NCBI GenBank assembly: GCA_963717145.1
Contig: OY970325.1
Span: forward strand, 1,856,001 to 1,920,000
Direction of reading: 5' to 3'
DNA length: 64,000 nt
Source: an uncultured Armatimonadetes bacterium
GTDB lineage: Bacteria; Armatimonadota; UBA5829; DTJY01
In this document: piece by piece, positions 35,940 through 45,672 of the stretch
How positions within the stretch are numbered: the stretch's first letter is position 1
How the letters are laid out: the number at the start of each line of letters is the position of its first letter
Made by a program: the position numbers and the translations under genes
The notes under the pieces: model-generated
The model's database searches: none
What the model was told of the DNA's origin: nothing
The model's input: the letters and a program-made list of their open reading frames with translations, nothing else

Positions 35940-36980
35940 ATGAACTGGCACTCAAGACTTCTCTCCGTTGTATCCGCCGTTCTCCTCGCGATTGCTGTCC
36001 TCGCCGCCGGATGCGCGAAGAGGCCCCAGCAGCCCGCCACTCAAACCGGCAAGATCAAGGCCGCAGTCGTCACCGATACGGGCGGGATCGGTGACCGCTC
36101 GTTCAACGCCATGACCTGGGCGGGCGTCCAACGCGCGGGCAAGGAACTCGGTGTCGGCGCGAAGTTCCTTGAATCGAAGGAGCAGGCCGACTACGCCTCG
36201 AACCTCAGCCGTTGTGCCGCGCAGGGATACGACGTCGTGTTCGCCGTCGGGTTCCTGATGGAGGACGCGATCGCAAAGGTCGCCCCGAAGCACCCGAAGA
36301 CGAAGTTCATCATCATCGACGGGAACGCCCCGGGCCTCCCGAATACAGCTTCCCTCAAGTTCCGCGAGGAGGAGGGATGCTTCCTCGCCGGCGCGCTCGC
36401 GGCGATGGTCTCGAAGACCGGCAAGGTCGGCTTCATCGGCGGCATGGAGTCCCCCGTGCTCAGCAGATTCGAGTCCGGGTACCAGGCCGGAGCGATCACT
36501 GCTCGCCGGGACGCGAAGGTGCTGGTCGCATACACCGGCCGGTTCGACGATCCCGCCAAGGGCAAGGAACTCGCGCTCGCGCAGTTCAGTCAGGGCGCGG
36601 ACATCATCATGCACGCGTCGGGCTCGTGCGGCCTCGGGGTCATCGAGGCGGCGAAACAGAAGGGCAAGGGCTTCTTCGCGATCGGCGTCGACGCCGACCA
36701 GGACTACATCGCGCCGGGACGAGTGCTCACCAGCATGATGAAGCGCGTCGATAACGCGGTCTTCTCGATGTGCAAGGATGTTGTCGAAGGCAAGTTCACC
36801 CCCGGCGACCACTCGTTCGGCCTGAGGGACGGCGGAGTCGGCCTCAGCCCGATGACTTACACGAAGAACGACATCCCCGCGGGCGACCTCGACAGGATCG
36901 AGGCCCTCAGGAAGCAGATCATCGAGGGCAGCATCAAGCCGCCCGATTCACTTAGAGCATTCAAGGAGTTCAAGCCATGA
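35940..36980 (+). CDS. BMP-family substrate-binding lipoprotein
   Basis: Lipobox AAGC, DTGGIGDRSFN, KVGFIGG, IGVDADQ, TSMMKRVD. Confidence 0.92.
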   Translation: MNWHSRLLSVVSAVLLAIAVLAAGCAKRPQQPATQTGKIKAAVVTDTGGIGDRSFNAMTWAGVQRAGKELGVGAKFLESKEQADYASNLSRCAAQGYDVVFAVGFLMEDAIAKVAPKHPKTKFIIIDGNAPGLPNTASLKFREEEGCFLAGALAAMVSKTGKVGFIGGMESPVLSRFESGYQAGAITARRDAKVLVAYTGRFDDPAKGKELALAQFSQGADIIMHASGSCGLGVIEAAKQKGKGFFAIGVDADQDYIAPGRVLTSMMKRVDNAVFSMCKDVVEGKFTPGDHSFGLRDGGVGLSPMTYTKNDIPAGDLDRIEALRKQIIEGSIKPPDSLRAFKEFKP

Positions 36981-38074
36981 AGAGATACCTCATCGCCGTG
37001 TTGATAGCATTGATCTGCGCCTCGTCGGCGCTCGCGGGCACGTCGCCGGGCAAGGTCGGCGCGTACATGAACCTCAGCCGCACGCATTCGCCGGACGCTG
37101 AATCATTGAAGGCACTCGTCAATGAGGCCGCCGATGCGGGAATCCAGTTCCTGCTCCCCTATGCGCGAACCACCGAGGGGACGGCGTTCTACGACAGCAA
37201 CATCATGCCGCAGGTCCCGAGGGGCTACGACGCACTCGCTATCGTCATCGAGGCCGCGCACGCTCGCGGGATGGAGGTCCACCCCTGGTTCGTCGTCACC
37301 GCTGATGGGTACAACCAGATGTCGCCGATCCTGCGGGAGCATCCGGACTGGTGCATGGTGGACATCAACGGCAGGCGAGTGGCATGGCTCGATCCGTCAT
37401 CCCCCGAGGCTCGGCAGCACGTGGTCTCGGTCATGAAGGAGATCGCCGCGAACTACGATATCGACGGCATCAACCTCGACTACCTCCGCTATGCGACGCC
37501 CGGCCGATACTGCTTCTGCGAGCGATGCACAACCGCATTCAAGGAGCGATTCCACCTCGACGCCAAGGCCGCGAACAACGCCGAGCCGGGGTCCCTCGAC
37601 TGGGCGAAGTGGCGCTTGTGGAGATATCGGCAGACGAACCAGTTGATGCGCGAGCTTCGTGACGCCCTCAGGGAGGTCAAGCCCGAGGCGACCATGAGCG
37701 CGTACGTCTGGGGCGCTCAGTGCTACGGCAAGGGGTATAATATCTGCCAGGACTGGAAGACGTGGATGGATGAGGGGCAGCTCGACTGGGTGAACCCGAT
37801 GGGCTACTACTCGATCCGGCGGGAGTACCTGACCGCGGCGAGGTGGAACCGCGAGTTGACGACCGACATTCCGATGCACGTAACCCTGACACGATATTCC
37901 CGGCGCGACCCCAAGAGGTCTTTGGAGATTGCGAAGACTCAGATCCGTGACGCGATGGACCTCGGGGCAGACGGGATCGTCTTCTTCAACCTCGAATCGT
38001 TCCGCCCGATGCTGAAGAAGCTCTCGCCGCTTCTCCACGACGTGTCATCCGGCAAGCTGGATCACAAGCCGTAG
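36977..38074 (+). CDS. DUF187/GHL10 glycoside hydrolase-like protein
   Basis: AHARGMEVHPW, WLDPSSPE, DIDGINLDYLRY, QDW..W, PMGY. Confidence 0.85.
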   Translation: MKRYLIAVLIALICASSALAGTSPGKVGAYMNLSRTHSPDAESLKALVNEAADAGIQFLLPYARTTEGTAFYDSNIMPQVPRGYDALAIVIEAAHARGMEVHPWFVVTADGYNQMSPILREHPDWCMVDINGRRVAWLDPSSPEARQHVVSVMKEIAANYDIDGINLDYLRYATPGRYCFCERCTTAFKERFHLDAKAANNAEPGSLDWAKWRLWRYRQTNQLMRELRDALREVKPEATMSAYVWGAQCYGKGYNICQDWKTWMDEGQLDWVNPMGYYSIRREYLTAARWNRELTTDIPMHVTLTRYSRRDPKRSLEIAKTQIRDAMDLGADGIVFFNLESFRPMLKKLSPLLHDVSSGKLDHKP

Positions 38075-38202
38075 GGGCGGGCTTCCACGCCCTCCCGAAA
38101 CGTCACGCGTAGGGGCGTGCCTTGTGCCGCCAGATGCGCCATTGCGGGCGGCACAAGGCACGCCCCTACAGCCATCGGGCGGGCGTGGAAGCCCGCCCCT
38201 AC
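38071..38202. repeat. Nested four-unit GTAG REP cluster (BIME-like)
   Basis: Outer GTAGGGGCGGGCTTCCACGCCC pair encloses an inner GTAGGGGCGTGCCTTGTGCCGCC pair. Confidence 0.9.
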
Positions 38203-40085
38203 GACCTACCTGCCACGCGTTCGTCGCCAACGCGGCGGGTAATGCGCTTCGAGTCGAAGTACTCGAGGAGCGGGACGGCGTACTTGCGGCTCGTCCCGGT
38301 GAGGTCGCGGAACTGGCTGACGGTGAGCTTCCCGTTCTCGTCGAGGAACCTGCGGACCGTCTCCTCCGCCTGCGTGACCGTCGATGCGTGCAGATACATC
38401 CCTTCCGCGATCTTCACGACCTCCCCGCGATGGATCAGCAGTTCGAGGATCTCCTTCGATTCGACCGGCGGGAGACCGGTCGCGCGAAGGAACTCATCGG
38501 CGTCCGGCACGTTCAGCCCCGCATCGAGGAGTGCGCGGGAGAGCGAATCGAGCGCGGACTGCTGCTTCGGAGTGAGACTCGGCTCGAAGTCAGGCAGCCG
38601 AACCGAGGTGTCCGAGGTCACGATCTGACCGCCCGACGCCAGATGTGCCAGGATGGACGAAAACGCCTTGTTGTCCAGACCCTTGCCGGCAGTGCCCCGG
38701 AGTTCCTCGCGCGATATACCCGGCTTGAGTGGATGCCTGGCGTGGAAATCGGACAGCGCGTCACTGATTCCCGAGGCGTACTTCGACAGGACCGACGCGT
38801 GCATCAGCCGCCCGCCGTCGAGTTCTATCGCCTTGCCCGCCTGCTTGAGTGCTTCCAGGTCGGATTCCGCCCCACCCTGCTTGAGCAACTCCTGTGCAGA
38901 TATCCCCGCCGTCGATTGCTTCAGCACTTGTTCGAGCAGTTCTTCGGGGGTACCCTTGCTCGAAGTGTCGAGCGATTCGATCGTGGCCTTGTCGAAGCGT
39001 TTGTGCCGCCGGGCACTCGGCTCGATGACGACTCCCCCGCCGATGGTAACCATCGGGGAATACGAGCGGATGACGAACCGATCGCCCTTGACGACCGCGG
39101 CCGGAGTCTCCGCCCTGAACTGCGCATATGCCTGCTCGCCGGGCTTCAGTTCATCGCGGTCGAGGAGCGTGAGCCTCCCAAGAATCTCGGCGGTCCCGGC
39201 ATGGAACCTGACGCGAGTGCGGTTCTTGAGGGGACGCGGCGCGTTCGCCAGCAGAGTCACCCGAACATCGGACAGCTTCGAGGCCTTGAGAGTCCCCGGC
39301 GGAGCGACAACATCACCCCTGGAGAGGTCGGCGACCTCCAGGCCCGCGAGATTCACCGCCACCCGAGTGCCCGCTTCGGCCCGCTCGACCTTCTGCCCGT
39401 GGACCTGGATCTGCCTGGCGCGCGATGTGAGTCCGGACGGCATCACCTCCACCGGATCGCCGACCCGAATCGTGCCCGATACGAGCGTGCCGGTGATGAC
39501 GGTCCCGAAGCCGGTGAGAGTGAACACGCGGTCGACCGGGATGCGGAACGGCCCCGATGAATCCCTGGCTTCGACCACCTCGGACGCGACCTGGAGGGCG
39601 TCGAGCAACTCGGGGACTCCGCGTCCCGTGGTGCTCGCGACGGGGATGATCGGCGCATCCTCGAGAAACGTGCCCTTGAGCCCTTCTCTCACGTCGTCCA
39701 CGACAACGCCGAGCCACTCCTCGTCCACCAGATCGGCCTTGGTGAGCGCGATGACTCCGCGCCCGACCTCCAGGAGTTGGAGGATCTCCAGGTGCTCGGT
39801 CGTCTGCGGCATGATCGACTCGTCGGCGGCGATCACCATCAGGGCGACATCGACCCCGCCCGCGCCGGCGAGCATGTTCTTGAGGAACCGCTCATGCCCG
39901 GGAACGTCGACGATCCCGACCTGCTGGCCGTTCGGGAGCGTGAGGGAGGCGAACCCGAGGTCGATCGTCATCCCGCGCTCCTGCTCCTCGCGCAGGCGGT
40001 CGGTGTTGACGCCCGTCAGCGCCTGGATGAGCGTCGTCTTTCCATGATCTACGTGACCGGCCGTGCCGATGATGATGTGCTTCAT
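38199..40085 (-). CDS. selB: Selenocysteine-specific elongation factor
   Basis: [28 protein letters not shown]-terminal [13 protein letters not shown]. Confidence 0.97.
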   Translation of the reverse strand: MKHIIIGTAGHVDHGKTTLIQALTGVNTDRLREEQERGMTIDLGFASLTLPNGQQVGIVDVPGHERFLKNMLAGAGGVDVALMVIAADESIMPQTTEHLEILQLLEVGRGVIALTKADLVDEEWLGVVVDDVREGLKGTFLEDAPIIPVASTTGRGVPELLDALQVASEVVEARDSSGPFRIPVDRVFTLTGFGTVITGTLVSGTIRVGDPVEVMPSGLTSRARQIQVHGQKVERAEAGTRVAVNLAGLEVADLSRGDVVAPPGTLKASKLSDVRVTLLANAPRPLKNRTRVRFHAGTAEILGRLTLLDRDELKPGEQAYAQFRAETPAAVVKGDRFVIRSYSPMVTIGGGVVIEPSARRHKRFDKATIESLDTSSKGTPEELLEQVLKQSTAGISAQELLKQGGAESDLEALKQAGKAIELDGGRLMHASVLSKYASGISDALSDFHARHPLKPGISREELRGTAGKGLDNKAFSSILAHLASGGQIVTSDTSVRLPDFEPSLTPKQQSALDSLSRALLDAGLNVPDADEFLRATGLPPVESKEILELLIHRGEVVKIAEGMYLHASTVTQAEETVRRFLDENGKLTVSQFRDLTGTSRKYAVPLLEYFDSKRITRRVGDERVAGRS

Positions 40086-40193
40086 AAGATTCAAGGAGCA
40101 GAGGAGCAAAGGAGTCAAGGATTCAAGTCGCAAAGGGATGATGGAGCCATCTCCCGGTCTCCCACACTCCCATACTCCCACACTCCGCCCTCG

Positions 40194-40223
40194 TGGACAA
40201 GGTACGGTAAGTTTCGGTATAAT
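40194..40223 (+). promoter_or_regulatory. Putative promoter of the folK operon
   Basis: TGGACA-N18-TATAAT. Confidence 0.6.
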
Positions 40224-40279
40224 ACCCGCGCGGACACTATATCACCTGAGCGGCTCTCAGGTCGAGAGGAGCGGGCGAG

Positions 40280-40792
40280 TTGGCGATCGTTTTTCTGGGG
40301 CTCGGATCGAACCTGGGTGACCCGAAGGCGAACCTCTGCGAGGCCGTCGAGAGGCTTTCCGCTCGTCCCGACCTCCGACTCGTGCGCGTATCCTCACTCT
40401 ACCTCACCGCTCCCGTCGGCTACACGGACCAGCCGGATTTCCTGAATGCCGCGGCGATCATCGAGACCGATCTCAGCCCGATCGACCTGCAGGCGTTCAC
40501 CAAGGAGATCGAGGACAATATGGGCCGCACGCGAAACTTCCGCTGGGGTCCGAGAGTCATAGATATTGACATACTACTCTATGATTCGGCTTCAATCAGC
40601 GATCCCGGCCTGACTATACCGCATCCGAGCATGATGGAACGAGCATTCGTCATGGAGCCGATGGCAGAGATCGCCCCCGATCTGGTACTGCCGGGCGGGA
40701 AGACGCCGGGAGAGATACTTCCGGAGTTGGGCGACCAGGGAGTAGTGAGACTGCCGGAGACCGATCAATGGCGATGTTCCGATATGAAGTGA
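40280..40792 (+). CDS. folK: HPPK, dihydropteridine diphosphokinase
   Basis: LGLGSNLGD, QPDFLN, RWGPRVIDIDIL, IPHP. Confidence 0.95.
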   Translation: MAIVFLGLGSNLGDPKANLCEAVERLSARPDLRLVRVSSLYLTAPVGYTDQPDFLNAAAIIETDLSPIDLQAFTKEIEDNMGRTRNFRWGPRVIDIDILLYDSASISDPGLTIPHPSMMERAFVMEPMAEIAPDLVLPGGKTPGEILPELGDQGVVRLPETDQWRCSDMK

Positions 40793-42042
40793 CGGATAGG
40801 ACCGGCAAGATGCTGTCCGGCGCGATGAGCGCCTCATCCGAGGCGGACGTGCGTCAGAAGCTGGCCTCGATGGGCTACTCGATTCGGCAGATCCTTGCGC
40901 CGCCGATGGACATCTCCGCCCAACCGAAGTCGGCGCCGCTTCCGGTGCCGGTACCCGTGCCCGTAACCACCGCTGGCCCGACTCAACGCACGACCGCCGC
41001 ACCAGGCGACCTCGTTGTCTTCTTCCGGCAGATACAGTCGCTGATGCAGTCCGGCATGAACCTCTACCAGGGGCTGATGGCGATCTACGGCCAGACCAGG
41101 CATTCGAGCATGCGCCGGATAATCGAGACCATGGCGGGCCGGGTGCAGGCAGGCGAGCGTCTCAGCCGGGCGATGTCGGAGTTCCCACGGGCATTCCCGC
41201 CACACGTTATCGGTGTCGTGGCCTCGGGAGAGGTCGGCGGGTTTCTCCCGGCGGTGCTCGGGGAGATCGCGCTCGACTACGAGATCGAGCAGCGGGCGTC
41301 GGTTCGCTGGCTGAAATGGACGCAGAGTCTGTTGTGGCTCAACTGCATAGCCACCATCTTTCTCGTACCGGCCATGCCGAACTTGCCGATAATCGCCAAG
41401 GATGGGCTTCCGGGCTACCTGCGCGCATATACCGCCGACGTCATGACGTACATCGTGCCGCCCCTCGCGATCGTCCTCATCGCATACATCGTGATCAAGG
41501 CGTTCCTGAGACGTCCCGAGATGCGTCTGGTCGCCCACGCGCTGGTGCTGAAGGTCCCAGTGATGGGCCGAGCCAGCCGTGAGAGATCGCTCGCGAACTT
41601 CTCGCGGATGCTCTGGCGGCTTCAGGCGTCGGGAGTCCTGCCGATTCAGGCGTGGGACACGGCTTCGATGGCGGCGAACAACGTCGTGGTCGCAACGAGA
41701 CTCCGCGGCCAGATCCCAGCGCTTCGCACGGGCGCCAGGCTCAGCCAGGCGATGCAGGCCACGAGGCTTTTCCGCGAGGATGATCGGCGACTCCTCGAGG
41801 TCGGCGAACTGTCCGGCCAGGCGCCGGACATCCTGCAGCGGGTGGCGATGTTCTACGAAGATGCCGCGCTGTCGTCCGCGGGACGGGTACGCGCCTACGG
41901 AATGGAACTCGCCGTAGTGGCGAATTTGCTCGTTCTTGGAGCGATGGGGATAAGTCAGCTCAAGTATATGTCGAATCTGCTCGACATGTTCGACGAGCGG
42001 AATCTCGAACCAATGATATGGCTACCTTTTCTTACAAAGTGA
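40768..42042 (+). CDS. Type II secretion F / PilC family protein, paralog 1
   Basis: FRYEV.D..G, FFRQ...L..SG, LS.AM..FP..F, GE..G. Confidence 0.85.
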   Translation: MAMFRYEVTDRTGKMLSGAMSASSEADVRQKLASMGYSIRQILAPPMDISAQPKSAPLPVPVPVPVTTAGPTQRTTAAPGDLVVFFRQIQSLMQSGMNLYQGLMAIYGQTRHSSMRRIIETMAGRVQAGERLSRAMSEFPRAFPPHVIGVVASGEVGGFLPAVLGEIALDYEIEQRASVRWLKWTQSLLWLNCIATIFLVPAMPNLPIIAKDGLPGYLRAYTADVMTYIVPPLAIVLIAYIVIKAFLRRPEMRLVAHALVLKVPVMGRASRERSLANFSRMLWRLQASGVLPIQAWDTASMAANNVVVATRLRGQIPALRTGARLSQAMQATRLFREDDRRLLEVGELSGQAPDILQRVAMFYEDAALSSAGRVRAYGMELAVVANLLVLGAMGISQLKYMSNLLDMFDERNLEPMIWLPFLTK

Positions 42043-43202
42043 AGGACAAAGCGGGAAACACGATCACCGGAAACCTTCAGTCGCAAGACCGGAGAGCGGC
42101 CGTGGCTTCGCTGCAGGGAATGGGCTACTGGGTGCTCGACGCGCGCGAGATCGAAGTGGCGGTCGAGCGCACCTGGAACCCTTTCAGCCTGTTCATGCTG
42201 TGGCTCATCAACCCGATATTCGGTGGGGCGCCGCCTCGGAGCATGGCCGTGTTCTACCGCCAGTTCGCCACCATGATCACTGCGGGAATGAGCCTGTCGC
42301 AGGCGCTCAATTCGCTGGGCGGCCGTGCGCCGACCAGACGGTTGAGCGCGATCTCGAGGGATGCCGCGCGAATCGTGGAGAGCGGGGGCAAACTGAGCGA
42401 TGCTTTCGCCCGCTACCCCGCGATGTTCCCGGAGTTGCATCTCAGTCTACTGAGGGCGGGCGAGACCGGCGGCTCGATCGACCGGATGCTCGAACGCATT
42501 GCGGACTACACCGAGCGTGACTACAAGATCCGCCAGCGGGCGAGAATGATGACCCTATACCCGAAGATTCTGGTGCTGGCGATGATCTTCATCCCGGCAG
42601 TTCCGACACTGGTGTTCCAGGGCTTCAGCGCATATCTGCATGCGACGACGCCCATACTGGTCACGATCCTGATCTGGATCGCGGCCATCTGGATCGGATA
42701 CCGCCTGCTCTGTCAGATACCCGTCTTCCGGTCCAGCGTCGACATGGCAAAGCTTACGATGCCGGTCATCGGGACGGTGGTGAAGATGCTCGCGCTCTCG
42801 AAGTTCTACCGGGCGTTCGCGAGTCTATACAGCGCCGGAGTGAGCCCATCGCAGGCGATCTCGAATGCCGGGCGCGCCTGCGGAAACTGGTATCTGAACC
42901 GCAGGCTGCAGACGACGATCCCGATGGTCGAAGCGGGCAGGTCGTTCACCGAGGCGATGGCCCAGACGCGGATCTTGCCTCGCATGACGATCGACATGCT
43001 GGCGACCGGTGAGCAAAGCGGCAATGTCGGAGATATGGTAGACAAGGTGGCTGAGTTCACAGAGAACGAGGCCGATGTCAAGATTCACCAACTGACGATG
43101 TTCGCCGGAGTGCTCCTCCTACTCGCGGTGGCGATCTACATCGGCATACAGGTGGTCGGTTTCTATCTGAAGCATTACGGATCGATGCTGGATATCAAGT
43201 AG
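42018..43202 (+). CDS. pilC: Type II secretion F / PilC family protein, paralog 2
   Basis: FYRQFATMI.AG, AGETGG..D.ML..IADY, TGEQSG. Confidence 0.85.
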   Translation: MATFSYKVKDKAGNTITGNLQSQDRRAAVASLQGMGYWVLDAREIEVAVERTWNPFSLFMLWLINPIFGGAPPRSMAVFYRQFATMITAGMSLSQALNSLGGRAPTRRLSAISRDAARIVESGGKLSDAFARYPAMFPELHLSLLRAGETGGSIDRMLERIADYTERDYKIRQRARMMTLYPKILVLAMIFIPAVPTLVFQGFSAYLHATTPILVTILIWIAAIWIGYRLLCQIPVFRSSVDMAKLTMPVIGTVVKMLALSKFYRAFASLYSAGVSPSQAISNAGRACGNWYLNRRLQTTIPMVEAGRSFTEAMAQTRILPRMTIDMLATGEQSGNVGDMVDKVAEFTENEADVKIHQLTMFAGVLLLLAVAIYIGIQVVGFYLKHYGSMLDIK

Positions 43203-43208
43203 GTAAGG

Positions 43209-43262
43209 GATAACGAGTAATGAGTTAGGCCGGCCCAGTTACTCATTACGCCTTACTCATTA
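43209..43262. repeat. Inverted heptamer repeat (GAGTAAT)n
   Basis: TAACGAGTAATGAGT...ACTCATTACGCCTTACTCATTA. Confidence 0.7.
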
Positions 43263-43270
43263 GTAGATTC

Positions 43271-44425
43271 ATGCCTATCAAGCGGACACATTACGAAATA
43301 CTCGGCGTGCCGCGGTCGGCGACGCCGGACCAGATCAAGAAGCGCTACCGTGAGTTGGTGCGGAGATACCATCCGGACGTGGCCGACGACAAGGCCACCG
43401 CGCGCCTGGCGTTCCTGCAGATCACGGAAGCCTATCAGACGCTGAGCAATCCGGATAAGCGGGTGATCTACGACGCGGAGATGGACAAGCAGACAGCCGG
43501 CGTAACTGCGCGTCCAGGACCGCGGAAACCGACATCGACTTACACCGGGACCTATGGAAGACGCCCTCCGCCCACCGGGCCGAGACAGGCGACTCGCCCG
43601 CGAGAGACCTCCAATGCAGACAGACTCCTTCGAGATGCCGAGGCGGCCTTCATCCGAGGACAGCTCTGGGCGACGATGGATTCGGCAAAGGCGGCGATCA
43701 AGCTCGACGGCCGGAACGCTCGGGCTCACGTGGTGCTCGGCGATGTCTATCGGATGCAGGGCCGTATGGATGAGGCGGTGTCGATGTATACCGTCGCTCT
43801 TCAACTCGATCCGAAGAACGTCGATGCCATGGACAAGCTCGACAGGGCGATGCGGAAGAGCAAGAAGGCGCAATCGCCCGCCGCAGACGCCGAGCGCAAG
43901 CACGGGCTCAAGATCGGCGTTGGGCTGATCTGCGGCTGTCTCGGCACGTTCCTGCTGCTCATGCTCGCCTGGTCGCCAGGTGAGCCGATCCCGTGGTCGA
44001 AGGCACACCTGCCATTCGTGGCCACTTGGACTCCCGTGCTGATCGTGACACTCCTCGGGATGGGCGCACTGACCGGCTTCCTGCTGAGCATGACCGAGAC
44101 GGTCAGATCGCTCGACGATGAGCTGGTGTTCCAGACGATCTCGTCCGGGCGGCATCTCAGCTATCCGGTCGGGCTCATACTCGTCATTCTGAACTTTTTC
44201 AACTTTTACCTGGCCGTCGGGGTATACACACTGGCGGGGATCATGCAGGACGCCATTTCGGGATCGGTGATGAAGGCGTTCCTCGCTACGGGATGCCTGC
44301 TGGTGGTCATCGGCGCCCTGTATCCGCTCGGATTCGGAGAAGTCATGGTCTGGGGCGGAAACCTGGTCTTTCCAGCCATGCTCGGCGGCTGGGCGCTCGG
44401 CGATATGGTGAAGCCCTGGGGATAA
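43271..44425 (+). CDS. J-domain, TPR and multi-TM protein
   Basis: HYEILGV..HPD..AYQTLS; TPR AHVVLGDVY; about five C-terminal TM helices. Confidence 0.88.
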   Translation: MPIKRTHYEILGVPRSATPDQIKKRYRELVRRYHPDVADDKATARLAFLQITEAYQTLSNPDKRVIYDAEMDKQTAGVTARPGPRKPTSTYTGTYGRRPPPTGPRQATRPRETSNADRLLRDAEAAFIRGQLWATMDSAKAAIKLDGRNARAHVVLGDVYRMQGRMDEAVSMYTVALQLDPKNVDAMDKLDRAMRKSKKAQSPAADAERKHGLKIGVGLICGCLGTFLLLMLAWSPGEPIPWSKAHLPFVATWTPVLIVTLLGMGALTGFLLSMTETVRSLDDELVFQTISSGRHLSYPVGLILVILNFFNFYLAVGVYTLAGIMQDAISGSVMKAFLATGCLLVVIGALYPLGFGEVMVWGGNLVFPAMLGGWALGDMVKPWG

Positions 44426-44461
44426 GATTGCTTGACGTAGAACCACACCAAGGAGACAACG

Positions 44462-45499
44462 ATGTCATTTATGCTCGACGAGATCCACGAACAGCCGCAC
44501 CTGATACAGAAGGTGATTGATGCGGAGAGAGGGAATGTCCGGAAGCTGTGCCGGGCGATGAAGGAGCGCGATATCAAGCTGGCGATCATCGCGGCGAGGG
44601 GAACGTCCGACAACGCGGCGCTCTTTGCGAAATACCTGATCGAGATACACAACGGGATACCTGTCGCACTGGCGGCTCCGTCGGTCATTACACTCTACGG
44701 GGCGAAGTTCGACCTGTCCCATGCGCTGGTGCTCGGCATCTCGCAGTCCGGCGAGTCCACGGACGTCGTCGAGGTCATTCGCAGTGCCGGGGAGATGGGC
44801 GCGCTGACCGCGTGCATCACGAATGTCGAGGGATCGGAACTAACGAAGATAGCCGACCACACGCTGCTCTGCCATGCCGGCGAGGAGAAAAGCGTCGCGG
44901 CGACCAAGACATACACCACGACCCTGGCCTTGATATACATGATATCCGGCATTCTGGCGAGCGAAGACGAACTCATCCCACAGCTCGAGTCGTCGGCGGG
45001 GATGATATCGAGAGTCTTCCAGGTGGAGAGCAGGATCGAGGAGATCGCCCAGCGGTATCGATACATGGAGGAGTGTAAGGTCGTCGCGCGGGGCATGAAC
45101 TACGCCACGAGCAAGGAAGCCGCGCTGAAACTCGCGGAGACCTGCTATGTTTCGGCCGAGCCGTTCTCGATGGCGGACCTGATGCACGGCCCGATCGCGG
45201 TCGTGGATGCGGGCTTTCCGGTGTTCATGTACGCTCCCCAGGGCAAGGGTTACCCCACGATGGTCGAGCTGGCTGACAAGCTGGCCGGATGGGAGGTGGA
45301 GACGATCATCTTCTCGAGCGAGGATGAGATCCTGCAGGCGGCGACGATCCCGGTGAAGCTTCCGGTGGCGGTCGAAGAGACGTACAGTCCGCTGGTCTAC
45401 ATCGTGGCGGCTCAGTTGTTCGCACAGTATCTTTCGGGGGTGAAGGGTCACGATCCGGACCATCCGCGGGGACTGTGCAAGGTGACGCTGACGATGTAG
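44462..45499 (+). CDS. SIS-domain sugar isomerase (GlmS/AgaS-like)
   Basis: EIHEQP, RGTS, SQSGES, AATKTY, ALKLAE, HGP, PD.PRGL.KVT. Confidence 0.9.
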   Translation: MSFMLDEIHEQPHLIQKVIDAERGNVRKLCRAMKERDIKLAIIAARGTSDNAALFAKYLIEIHNGIPVALAAPSVITLYGAKFDLSHALVLGISQSGESTDVVEVIRSAGEMGALTACITNVEGSELTKIADHTLLCHAGEEKSVAATKTYTTTLALIYMISGILASEDELIPQLESSAGMISRVFQVESRIEEIAQRYRYMEECKVVARGMNYATSKEAALKLAETCYVSAEPFSMADLMHGPIAVVDAGFPVFMYAPQGKGYPTMVELADKLAGWEVETIIFSSEDEILQAATIPVKLPVAVEETYSPLVYIVAAQLFAQYLSGVKGHDPDHPRGLCKVTLTM

Positions 45500-45527
45500 G
45501 CTCGCGGTGTTTACGCACGTCGAAGCG

Positions 45528-45629
45528 TCTTGTAGGGAACGGTCGCCGTCCCGTTCCGTCTCCCGTAGCAACCGCCAAGACGCCAAGGACGCCAAGATCG
45601 GAACGGGACGGCGACCGTTCCCTACAAGA
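45528..45629. repeat. GTAG REP palindrome with a CGCCAAG repeat nested in its loop
   Basis: GTAGGGAACGGTCGCCGTCCCGTTCCG arms; loop holds AACCGCCAAGACGCCAAGGACGCCAAG. Confidence 0.9.
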
Positions 45630-45672
45630 TGCCTCCCATATGGATAAGACACCGAGAAAGAAGAGAGGACAT

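Noticed and set aside
38199-40085. Selenoprotein or tRNA-Sec locus around selB
   Set aside because: No selA, selD, tRNA-Sec or convincing in-frame TGA readthrough seen; the split genes are frameshifts
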